Assembly: GCA_963845565.1 (NCBI GenBank)
Contig: CAWJSJ010000002.1
Location: forward strand, 544,001-608,000
Reading direction: 5' to 3'
Source of the DNA: an uncultured Methylomirabilota bacterium
Lineage (GTDB): Bacteria > Methylomirabilota > Methylomirabilia > Methylomirabilales > 2-02-FULL-66-22
DNA length: 64,000 nucleotides
Notes under the pieces: model-generated
Told to the model about the DNA's origin: nothing
Seen by the model: only the letters and a program-made list of their open reading frames with translations
Databases searched by the model: none
Part shown: positions 10,687 through 21,420 of the stretch, piece after piece
How positions within the stretch are numbered: the stretch's first letter is position 1
Layout of the letters: each line of letters begins with the position of its first letter
Translations under genes and position numbers: made by a program

Positions 10687-13493
10687 TTAGCGGCGGCGGG
10701 TCGGCTTCCGGGCCGCCTCGGCGGCCGGCTCCAGTGCAAAGGCGGCGGCCACGAGCGCCTGCTGGGTGGCGGCGTGCCGGCTGGCGGAGCCCTCGGCGGG
10801 GCTGCTGCTGGCCGGCCGGGCGACGACCTGAAGGGTGACCCCCCCCTGGCAGAGGCGGGCGAGCTGGGGCTGGACCCAGGTCCAGGCTCCCATGTTCTCT
10901 GGCTCCTCCTGGACCCAGACCAATCGCCGGAGGCGTGGGTAGGCGTCGACGCAGGCCTGCACCTCCTCGGCGGGGAAGGGGGCGACCTGCTCCAACCGGG
11001 CCACGGCAACGGTCGCCCGCTCGACCCGCTGCGGGCTCTCCAGGAGGTCGACGGCCACCTTCCCGCTGCAGAGGAGGAGGGTCTCCGCCCGCTCGCGCCG
11101 CGCACCCGGCTCGGGGTCATCAAGGACGGGTCGCCAGCGCCCCTCGGCCAGGTCGCGCAAGGGCGCCGCCGCGCGGGGGTGGCGGAGAAGGCTCTTGGGG
11201 GTGAGGACGACCAAGGGCAGGGGATCGCTGGCCAGCAGGGCGGCCTGGCGGCGCAGGAGGTGGAAGTACTGGGCCGCGGTGGTGCAGTTGACCAGGCGCA
11301 GGTTCAGTTCGGCGCAGAGCTGGAGGAACCGCTCGGGCCTGGCGCTGCTGTGGTCGGGCCCGGCGCCCTCGTGGCCGTGGGGCAGGAGCAGGACCAGGGA
11401 GGGGGTTTGCCCCCACTTGGCACGGGCCGAGACCAGGAACTGATCGATGACAACCTGGGCCCCGTTGGCGAAGTCCCCGTACTGGGCCTCCCAGATCACC
11501 AGCCGCTCGGGGGCCTGCATGCTGTAGCCGTATTCGAAGGCCAGGGCCGCCGCCTCGGAGAGGGGGCTGTTGAAGACGGCGAACGCGGCCCGGGCCTGGG
11601 GTAGGGCCTGCAAGGGCGTGTGGATCTTGCCGGTCTTGGCGTCGTGCAGGACGGCGTGGCGCTGGCCGAAGGTGCCCCGCTCGGTATCCTGGCCGGTCAG
11701 GCGGATGGAGATGCCATCGGCCAGGATGGAGGCCCAGGCCAGCTCCTCCGCGGCGGCCCAGTCGAGGGGGGGCGCGTCCGCCTCCCCCAGGGCCTCCCGC
11801 CGGCGCTGGAGGAGGCGGGCGAGCTTGGGGTGGACCGTGAAGCCCTCGGGCAGCCGCCGTAGCCCCTCACCCAGTTCCCGGAGCCGCTCGGCGGGCACCA
11901 CGGTCCGCACCCTCTTGGCAGCCCCCGGCTGCGGGACGGCGGGACGGGGCTCCGCCAAAGCCGTGGCCGGGTCGAGGGAGGCGACGGCCTCCTCGAGGGC
12001 GGCGACGTACCGTGCCTCGAGGGCCGGAGGGGCGTCCGGGAGGATGACCCCCCGTTCTACCAGGGTGGCCGCCCAACGCTCCCGCACCGTGGGGTGGGCC
12101 TGGATCCGCTCGTACAGGGCCGGCTGGGTGAAGGCCGGCTCATCCCCCTCGCTGTGGCCGTGGCGGCGGTAGCCCACCAGGTCAATCAGGAAGTCCTTGT
12201 GGAAGCGGTGGCGGTAGGCGTGGGCCAGGCGGGCGGCCTGGATGCAGGCCTCCGGGTCGTCAGCGTTGACCTGGACGATGGGGATTTCGAAGCCCTTGGC
12301 CAGGTCGGAGGCGTAGAGGGTGCTTCGCAAGTCGTGGGGCTCGGTGGTGTAGCCGAGCTGGTTGTCGGCGATGACGTGGATGGTTCCGCCGGTGTAGTAA
12401 CCGCAGAGGCGGGACAGGTTCAGGGTCTCGGCCACGATCCCCTGGCCGGGGAAGGCGGCGTCGCCGTGGATCAGGATGGGCAGGGAGACCGCGTGGTCGA
12501 AGCGGGGAACGCCCGGGTGGTCTACCCGGGTGCCCGCGGCCCGCGCCATCCCCTCCACCACCGGGTTGACGAACTCGAGGTGGCTCGGGTTGGGGGGCAT
12601 GGCGATGACCAGATGGACCGCCTCGCCGCCCTCGAGGGCCCGGCGGGCCCCCCGGTGGTACGTGACGTCCCCCATCCAGGTCATGCCCTCGCGCCGGCCA
12701 GGTCCTGGTCGCGGGCCGGATCCTTGAACTCGGCCAGGATCTGTCTCACCGGCCGGTTCAGGACGTGGGCCAGGACGTTCAAGCGCCCCCGGTGGGCCAT
12801 TCCCAAGAGGATGGAGCGGATTCCGGCCTCGGCCGCCTCGCCGATTAACTCGTCGAGGAGGGGGACCAGCATGTCCAGCCCCTCGAGGGAGAAGCGGGTC
12901 TTGCCGGGGAAGGTCCGGTGCAGGAAGCGCTCGAACGCCTCGACCTGGGTCAGGCGCTCGAGGAGAGCCGGCGGGTTGAGGGAGTCCCGAGGGGGGCGGT
13001 AGTGACCGGCCTCGACCGCTTCGCGCAGCCACTCCCGCTCGGTGGCGTCCCAAATGTGCCGAAAGCGGTAGCCCGTTGTGCCGGCGTAAATGGCGAGGAG
13101 GGCCCGGACAGCCTCCCAGGCGTTGGCACAGACATCCGTGCTCGGGCAGCCCACCAGGGAGGCCGGGAGCCGCCGGAGGTCCTCCTCGCTCAGGCCGTGG
13201 GCCGAAGGTTCGAGGGAGGGATCCCCGTGCGGGGGCCGACCCAGGGGGTCCAGACGGGCAGCCAGGTGGCCGTAGCCGCGGATGGCCTGGGCCAGATTGA
13301 CGGCCCCCGCGATCTTGGCTGGCTCCGGGGCCGGTCCGCCGGCGGGCGGCCCGCTGTCCTCGACCGGGACCGCGAGGCGGGCGAAGGCTTCACGGGTGAC
13401 GGGATCCACCGAGTGCGGGTCCCGGCGGTACCGCTCGTACAGCTCGAGAACATAGGCCGCGTTGGGACCATGGAACTCTCGCCAGAGGTCCAT
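10687..13493 (-). pseudogene. sucA: 2-oxoglutarate dehydrogenase E1, frameshift near 12695
   Basis: FHGPNAAY, GMAHRGRLNVL, then GDVTYH, NPSHLE, IHGDAAFPGQG, WEAQYGDFANGAQ. Confidence 0.88.
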
Positions 13494-13699
13494 CGTCGTA
13501 TCCTTCCACGCAGGGGGAACAGCGGGACGCGTCCGGCGCATCCGGGCCCGGAAGCGCTGATCAGGATCCTCGGTCGGAAGTCGCTTCGCGATCCGACCGT
13601 CGGTCCCCCGGAGCCCGTCGGAGCCGCGCCACCCCCGGCTTGCCGTGCGCACCTACCTCGCGTCCGGAGTATCCGATGCGCGATCCGCGGATGTCAAGG

Positions 13700-14157
13700 C
13701 GAATGGCGGAGCGAGCCCTTCAAGCGGAAACCGGATAGGTTCCTCGGTCAATCGGTCCGCGCGAGATGGACCGCCTGCTGGAAGACGGGCACTGCCGATC
13801 ATCGTGTTTGCCTCGGTGATGGGACTCATGCCATCTATGACTGGGCCGTGATCTTGCTCCATTACACCCCGCGCCCGTACTTCACGACGACGTGGCCCTC
13901 TTGGCGGCGGTTATGCCACGTACAAGTACTTCGACTTCAAACGGCCATCGAGCGGTTAGCGCTGGGGCGGGATCGGCGAGCGGATCGTCGGACAATTCCT
14001 GGAGAACCTACGGGCGGACGGGGCCCGCGTCTTTCACGACCTGGTGGGTGAGGGCCTAAATATCGACCATGTGATAGTCTCCTCGCACGGCATTTTCGTC
14101 CTCGAAACGCAATCGTACAGCAAGCCCGGCCGCGGGGACGCCGTGCTGCAATATTAG
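13700..14157 (+). pseudogene. NERD nuclease-related membrane protein, multiply frameshifted and truncated (start approximate)
   Basis: LALGRD-GERIVGQFLENL...VFHDLVGEGLNIDHVIVSSHGIFVLETQSYSKP; ends at the TAG inside the left TIR. Confidence 0.7.
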
Positions 14158-14183
14158 GGGACGTAGGGTACTTATAGTACTTA
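14154..14183 (+). repeat. Left terminal inverted repeat (30 bp)
   Basis: TTAGGGGACGTAGGGTACTTATAGTACTTA is the exact reverse complement of 15268-15297. Confidence 0.95.
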
Positions 14184-14223
14184 ACATTGACTTCGCCTGC
14201 GTCACCGTGGTACCGTGCCGGCC

Positions 14224-15270
14224 ATGCCTCGTGGTGCGCGCCTCGATGCCCCCGGGGCCCTGCACCACGTGATGGTGCGGGGCATCGAGCGGGGCCTGCT
14301 CTTTCGTGATGACAAGGATTGCGCCGAGTTCGTCGCCCGTCTGGCGCAGGTCGTCCACCGGACCGGGCTCACCGTCCTCGCGTGGGCGCTGCTCCCCAAC
14401 CACCTGCACCTCTTGGTGCGCACGCCGTCGGCCCCGCGCGGGCGCCCGTACAGCCCGGTCCTCCCCACCGCCATGCGACGCCTCCTGACAGGGTATGCCG
14501 GCGCCTTTAACCGGCGCCATAAGCGGGTCGGCCACCTCGTACAGAATCGTTACCGCTCAACCCTGGTGGACGAAGAATCCTATCTCTTGGAGCTCGTGCG
14601 CTACATCCATCTCAATCCGCTGCGGGCGGGCGTGGTGCGCAGCCTCGCGGCCCTCGCCCGGTATCCTTGGAGCGGCCACAGCGCGCTCCTCGGACATGTG
14701 GACCGGCCGTGGCAGACAACTGCGGAGGTCCTGGGCCGCTTCGGGGCCGCGCGGCGAACGGCAGGCCGGCACTACCGTGAGTTTCTCGCGGGCGGCGTAG
14801 CCCAGGGACGACGGCCCGAGTTTCAAGGGGGCGGCTTGCGCCGGAGTGCCGGCGGCTGGCATGAGGTGGCCGCGCTCCGGCGCGGACGCGAGCACTGGGC
14901 AGCAGACGAACGCATCCTGGGATCGGGAGCGTTTGTCGAGACCATACTCCGGGACGCCGGGCCGTCGCCCTCCGCGTGGCCACGTCCGCGCGCTCTGGCT
15001 GTATTGCCGCTGCTGCTCAAGCAGTGTGCTGACCTCTGGGGCGTAGGCCTCGTCGAACTCCAACACGGGAGCCGACGGCGGTGCGTTGTGCAGGCCCGGG
15101 CCGTCGTAGCCAGTCTCGCGGTGCTCCAGTTGGGTTTGCCAGCCGCTCTTGTGGCCCGCGAACTTGCGGTGACGCCAGCAGTGATTCGCCGAGGAGTTGA
15201 AAGGGGGCCCGCCCTGTTGGCGACCCGCCAAATCGATGCAGAGCGCCTTCTTCGCGCGCTCACGAGATAA
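14224..15270 (+). CDS. HUH Y1 transposase (IS200-like / REP-associated tyrosine transposase) with C-terminal HTH
   Basis: MPRGARLDAPGALHHVMVRG, LPNHLHLL (HUH), GHLVQNRY, RYIHLNPLRAG, YPWSGH; TTGACT-18-TACCGT ends 7 nt before the ATG. Confidence 0.9.
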   Translation: MPRGARLDAPGALHHVMVRGIERGLLFRDDKDCAEFVARLAQVVHRTGLTVLAWALLPNHLHLLVRTPSAPRGRPYSPVLPTAMRRLLTGYAGAFNRRHKRVGHLVQNRYRSTLVDEESYLLELVRYIHLNPLRAGVVRSLAALARYPWSGHSALLGHVDRPWQTTAEVLGRFGAARRTAGRHYREFLAGGVAQGRRPEFQGGGLRRSAGGWHEVAALRRGREHWAADERILGSGAFVETILRDAGPSPSAWPRPRALAVLPLLLKQCADLWGVGLVELQHGSRRRCVVQARAVVASLAVLQLGLPAALVARELAVTPAVIRRGVERGPALLATRQIDAERLLRALTR

Positions 15271-15297
15271 GTACTATAAGTACCCTACGTCCCCTAA
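15268..15297 (-). repeat. Right terminal inverted repeat (30 bp), includes the transposase stop codon
   Basis: TAAGTACTATAAGTACCCTACGTCCCCTAA. Confidence 0.95.
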
Positions 15298-15449
15298 GGC
15301 GTTTTCACGGGCCAATCTACAGCCCACGCTGTCAGCTCGATATGAACCGCAGGTGGGATCAACACCTCACCCATCTTTGCGAGGAGGTCGAGTGCTCTTG
15401 CTTCTCGGAGGTGCAGGACCGGGCCAGTGTCGCAGACAACGAGCCTCAC
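15294..15449 (-). pseudogene. PIN-domain toxin, truncated at about 51 aa by the TIR
   Basis: RLVVCDTGPVLHL...LDLL...EVLIPPAVHIEL; the GTG start overlaps the antitoxin stop. Confidence 0.75.
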
Positions 15450-15649
15450 GCAGATTGCTCCTTTCGAGACAGGGCCCATTGAATATCTTCTCGCATGAAC
15501 CCTTCCAACAGGTCAGCCCGATTGCGCCGGACGAATTCCAGCAGCGCGGCTCGAATCAGCTCGCCCTCGGAGCCAAACCACCCTGTCCCCACGAGCGCCT
15601 CGACCTCTGCGGCGAGCTTGTCAGGAAGTTCCACTTGAATGGTTTTCAT
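15446..15649 (-). CDS. CopG/ribbon-helix-helix antitoxin
   Basis: MKTIQVELPDKL...GWFGSEGELIRAALLEF; GGAGG RBS; coupled to the PIN gene. Confidence 0.8.
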   Translation of the reverse strand: MKTIQVELPDKLAAEVEALVGTGWFGSEGELIRAALLEFVRRNRADLLEGFMREDIQWALSRKEQSA

Positions 15650-15845
15650 GGTTCGCCTTCCTCCCGGCCGAGCTATTGCCCGGTCACGTCAAGCCTACCC
15701 CGTCTTTTCGCGTTCGTCGAGGGGTTTGATTCACGGAAGGTATACGGGCGCGCGCATCACGAGCTGACACGGCTGACCAGGTGGCGCATCCACGGGCAAA
15801 AGAAAAACGGGCTGGAGGGAGGATCGGATGACTACCCAAAACAAA

Positions 15846-15923
<78 letters not shown>

Positions 15924-16181
15924 CGGAGACATGTGAGCCGAGAGCCTTGAGCCGAAACCAATCCGAAGCGGCTTCTCGCGACAAGGCCCGCCGGTTCCCG
16001 ATGAGGTGGAGAACGAGCGGTAAGGTACTGAAATTGGCCCGGGGTGTCAAGGGAAATGCCTTGTTTTCCGAGGGTCGCCCGCCCCTACGGATGAATCGCG
16101 CCGCGCCGTCAGGATCGGCGGTCCGGTGCGCGGGAGAATATTGGCACCGGAACGCGTTGGGCCGGTCGGGCCGTCGGTTTC

Positions 16182-16210
16182 TTGACATGCTGCAGGAAGT
16201 CTGTTATTTG
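16182..16210 (+). promoter_or_regulatory. Sigma70-like promoter upstream of the WYL gene
   Basis: TTGACA-17-TATTTG with an extended TG. Confidence 0.45.
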
Positions 16211-16308
16211 CCTGTCTGGTCAGATGGGGCCGAGCGCCCGCCATGGCGACGGGCAGGTCGCATGGAGCGGGGAGGCGGCGCCCTGGTGTCGCGCGCGAAG
16301 GGAGCACC

Positions 16309-17274
16309 GTGCAACGGTCCGAGCGGTTGATCAAGCTGCTGGAGCTTCTGCACGGCCAGCCCGGCATGGATGCCGAGGCGCTGGCCGGGGCCCTCGGCGT
16401 GTCCACACGGACGCTCCAGAGGGACCTGGACGACTTGGGATCGGCTGGGTTTTCGGTGTACTTCGAGCGCGGATACCGGCTTGCCGCCCCGGCGCTGGTG
16501 CCGGCGATCACCCTGACGGTGGATCAGGCCCTGGCGCTCAGCCTGGCGGCGCGATCCGCAGCACCGCGGGCTGAACTGGCGACTGCCCGCGCCCTCGCGG
16601 TCGCCGCGCAGAAGCTCGCGCAGGCCCTGGCGGCCCCGCCGCCCGAGGAGCGACAGCAGCGACAACTGGCCCTGGAGCTTCCGGTGCAGGATCCACGGGT
16701 CGAGGCCTGCACGGCGGCCCTGACAGAGGCGATCGCGGACCAGCGGACCGTTCGGCTGGCCCTGGGTTCGGGATCCGGGGCCCAGGGGGCACCCCGACGG
16801 ATGGACCCCTACCGACTGCTCCCTTCCGCCGACGGCTTCGACCTCCTGGGATACTGCCACGTGCGCCGTCGACTCCTGCGCCTGCCCGTGGCCCGCCTGC
16901 AGTCCGTCTCTGTGCTCCAGCGGCGATTTCGCCCCGTGCCGGCGCGTCTTCTGGAGCGGCATCTGCACGCGGCCCAAGGAGTGGCTCCACAGGTCCAGTG
17001 GATCCGACTCCTCGCTCGTCCGCCTTTGGCCCAGGCGTTGCGGAAGTACCCGCCGGTGGGAACCCTGATGTGGGAGCGCGGGCCGGACGGGACCGTCATT
17101 TTCATGATCGCCGCCCAGCGCCCGGGAGAGTTTCTTCCCTGGATCCTCTCGTGCGGGGATGCGGTCGAGATCCTGGAGCCGAGCGGCTTGCGCCAGGAGG
17201 TCGCGCGGGTCGCCCGGGCCGTTGCGACGCGGTACGCTGCCAAACCGGCCCCCGAGGTGGTAGCGGGGGCGTAG
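16309..17274 (+). CDS. HTH_11-WYL-WCX transcriptional regulator (YafY/PafB-like)
   Basis: LAGALGVSTRTLQRDL, RRMDPYRL, FDLLGYC, WILSCGDAVEILEPSGLR. Confidence 0.88.
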   Translation: MQRSERLIKLLELLHGQPGMDAEALAGALGVSTRTLQRDLDDLGSAGFSVYFERGYRLAAPALVPAITLTVDQALALSLAARSAAPRAELATARALAVAAQKLAQALAAPPPEERQQRQLALELPVQDPRVEACTAALTEAIADQRTVRLALGSGSGAQGAPRRMDPYRLLPSADGFDLLGYCHVRRRLLRLPVARLQSVSVLQRRFRPVPARLLERHLHAAQGVAPQVQWIRLLARPPLAQALRKYPPVGTLMWERGPDGTVIFMIAAQRPGEFLPWILSCGDAVEILEPSGLRQEVARVARAVATRYAAKPAPEVVAGA

Positions 17275-17300
17275 CATTTTCGGAGGGAGGAAGAGCCGTC

Positions 17301-17672
17301 GTGCCGATCTACGAGTACCATTGTCAAGACTGCCGGCGCCGCGTGAGCCTCCTGGTTCGCAGCATCAGCAACCCTGGGGTTCCCGTCTGCCCTCGCTGCG
17401 GCGGGACGCACCTCGAGCGCCTGATGTCCCGGTTCACCCGCGTGCGATCCGAAGAGGATCGGATGGACGCCCTGGCCGATCCGGGCGCCCTCGGTGGGCT
17501 GGACGAGAACGACCCCAAGAGCGTGGCGCGCTGGGCCAAGAAGATGGGGAAGGAAATGGGCGAAGACCTCGGCGAGGACTTCGACGAGGTCATGGAGCAG
17601 GCGATGGAAGAGGAGGCCGGCGGCGAGGGCCAACCTCCCGACGCCGGTGGCGGCCCCGACGACGACCTGTAA
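17301..17672 (+). CDS. FmdB family zinc-ribbon protein
   Basis: MPIYEYHCQDC...CPRCGG...LERLMSRF, with an acidic tail. Confidence 0.88.
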   Translation: MPIYEYHCQDCRRRVSLLVRSISNPGVPVCPRCGGTHLERLMSRFTRVRSEEDRMDALADPGALGGLDENDPKSVARWAKKMGKEMGEDLGEDFDEVMEQAMEEEAGGEGQPPDAGGGPDDDL

Positions 17673-17682
17673 GCTTGCCGAC

Positions 17683-17767
17683 TCGGGAACTGGGCAACTG
17701 GGCAATCAGGGAGTGCCAGGGCCCCTAGTCGCCAAAGCGCCAACTTGCCGAATTGCCTAATTACCCA
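17683..17767. repeat. Intergenic hairpin with 8-bp periodic arms
   Basis: tcgggaac/tgggcaac/tgggcaat ... cttgccga/attgccta/attaccca. Confidence 0.75.
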
Positions 17768-17778
17768 AGGACACCGTC

Positions 17779-19264
17779 ATGGACCTGCGCCTGCTCCGCG
17801 TCGATCTGGAGGATTTCGCCGAAGCCCTGAACCGCGAGGAGTATCTGACGCGGGCCGGCCTGAAGGAAGAGAGCCGGGCGGCGGCGATCCGCGAGCGCTT
17901 TGCCCTCTTGGGTTCGCGCGAGGCGTTCGCTGAAGCACGAGAGCGATCCCTGGCGACCCCGGATGGGGAGGAGGGGCGGCGCCTTCGCTATCTGGCCGAA
18001 TTCCTCGGGGCCGCCTGCGTCGAGTTCCGCGTGCGGGCCGGCAGCGATCGGCTGGCCACCACCGAGGCCTCCCAGGCTGTCCGCGTGGATGGGGTAGAAA
18101 TTCCGCTTCGGTCGATCGAGGGCCGGATCAAGAACGAGGCCGATCGCCCGCGCCGCGCGGCCCTGGAATCCGCACGGCTCGGCGCCATCGCCGACCTCAA
18201 CGGACTGCGCCAGGAGATCCTGGAACTCTCGCACGAAGAGGCGCGACGCCTCGGCTTCACCAGCTACACGTCCCTCTGTAGCGACCTGTCCGGCATCGAC
18301 CTCTCCGCCCTGCGGGCGCTGACCCAGCCGATCCTTCCTCGCAGCCGCGACATGTACCAAGACGCCGCGTCCTGGTACCTCGCGCGCTGGGTCGAGATCT
18401 CGCCGCGCGGGGCCGGCCGCCACGATCTCGTCCGCCTTTTCCGGGCCGCCCCCCTTGACCCCATGTTTCCTCCGGACGGTCTGCGCGAGGCCGCCGAGGC
18501 GCCGTGCCGCCGCATGCGGATCGACCCCAAGGCGGAGGGCCGCATTCGGGTGGACGACGAGCCGCGACCGAAGAAGACGCCGCGCGCGTTCGTGGCCACC
18601 CCCCGGATCCCGGACGAGGTCATTCTGGTCGTCCGGCCTGGCGGGGGGCCGGACGACTATGCGGCCTACCTTCACGAGCTCGGCCACGCCCTGCACTTCG
18701 CCAACACCGACCCCGGCCTGGCCGTGGAGTATCGTCGGCTGGGCGACCCCTCGGTGACCGAGGCCTGGGCGTTCCTCCTGGACGGCCTGCTCCGAGAGCG
18801 GGGGTGGCTCAAGCGCTTTGTCGGGATCGGGCAGCCTCGCGAGGCCCTGCGCTTCACCGCCTTTCACAAGCTGTGGTTTCTGCGCCGCTACGCCGCCAAG
18901 CTGGAGTACGAGCTGTTCCTGCACGCGGAAGGGCCCGGGCGGCGGTCCCGCGAGGCGTACCGCGATCTCCTCTCCGACGCCACACAGGTGGACTGGCCGG
19001 CGGATCTCTTCTTGTCCGACGTGGATCCCTTCTTCTACGCCGCCCGCTACCTCAGGGCCTGGATCTTCGAGGCGCAGCTCCGCGATCTGCTGCGCGAGCG
19101 GTTCGACGAGGAGTGGTACCGGAACGACCGCACCGGACCGTTCCTCCTGGCGCTCTGGCGACAGGGGCAACACCATACCATCGAGGAGCTTGCCGCCGAC
19201 CTCGGGACTCGGCGCCCCGTCCATCGAGCCGCTTCTCGCCCAGATCGCCGCCGACCTCGCGTGA
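17779..19264 (+). CDS. M3-like zinc metallopeptidase; real C-terminus probably reached through an indel near 19205 (uncorrected ORF runs to 19389)
   Basis: HELGHALH and VTEAWA; the alternative frame gives LGAPSIEPLLAQIAADLA*. Confidence 0.75.
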
Positions 19265-19283
19265 CCCCGACGAAAGAAAACGC

Positions 19284-19398
19284 AACCACAGATTTCCAGA
19301 TTACGCAGATTCTGAGCCCAGAGCGCCAACGGCCTCGGGGGATCCCCGAGGCCGTCAGAATATCGGACCAGTCTGTGAAATCGGTGTAATCTGTGGTT
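19284..19398. repeat. Intergenic hairpin with ~9-bp periodic arms and an internal GC hairpin
   Basis: aaccacagatt/tccagatt/acgcagatt ... agtctgtga/aatcggtgt/aatctgtggtt; inner acggcctcgggg...ccccgaggccgt. Confidence 0.8.
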
Positions 19399-19408
19399 CC
19401 TCGTCGTC

Positions 19409-19837
19409 TCAATGGCCCTTGCCGGCCGCCTCCAGTCGCGCCAAGGCTCGGCACAGTGCCGCCTCGGCCCGGGTTGCGTCGATCTCTGCTTGTCCCGTCG
19501 CCCATTCCTGCAGGCGTCGCTGGGCGCGCTCGCGCGCCCGTTCGGCCCGCGCCACGTCGATCTCTTCGGCGGTCTCGGCGGTATCGACCAAGATGCTGAC
19601 CCGGTTTCCCCGCACCTCGGCATACCCGGCAGACACGGCCAACTGGAGCTCCTCTTTTCCTTTCCAGTAGGTCAGTCGTCCCGGCTTCAGCGTGGTGATG
19701 AATGGAACGTGGTCCGGCAGGACGCCGAAATAGCCCTCGGAGCCTGGCGCCACGATCTCGGTCACCTGTTCGCTGATCACCAGGCGTACCGGTGTCACCA
19801 CGTCCAATTGCAAGGTTGTGTGTCCTGCTTCTGCCAT
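19409..19837 (-). CDS. atpC: ATP synthase F1 epsilon
   Basis: LDVVTP, PGSEGYFGVLPDHVP, EEIDVARAE. Confidence 0.95.
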   Translation of the reverse strand: MAEAGHTTLQLDVVTPVRLVISEQVTEIVAPGSEGYFGVLPDHVPFITTLKPGRLTYWKGKEELQLAVSAGYAEVRGNRVSILVDTAETAEEIDVARAERARERAQRRLQEWATGQAEIDATRAEAALCRALARLEAAGKGH

Positions 19838-19886
19838 CGCGCTCGTCGCCTCGACGCTCCGTCTGCCGTTCCTGGAAAGGGCTGCG

Positions 19887-21311
<1,425 letters not shown>

Positions 21312-21420
21312 TCACTCCATTCCCGCGTGCGTGTCGTGCCGCGCTCGCTGCGGCCCGTGTAGTGTGTCGTCTTCGCCTGTGGTCCGGCTCCGGATGCGAG
21401 GTCGCGCGCGCCCTCGACTG

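Noticed and set aside
12690..12700. Programmed frameshifting in sucA, sucB or gabD
   Set aside because: No slippery heptamers at the breaks; error or decay is simpler.
15690..15845. Integrase C-terminal remnant next to tRNA-Phe
   Set aside because: No convincing HxxR or catalytic Tyr motif in any frame I could read.
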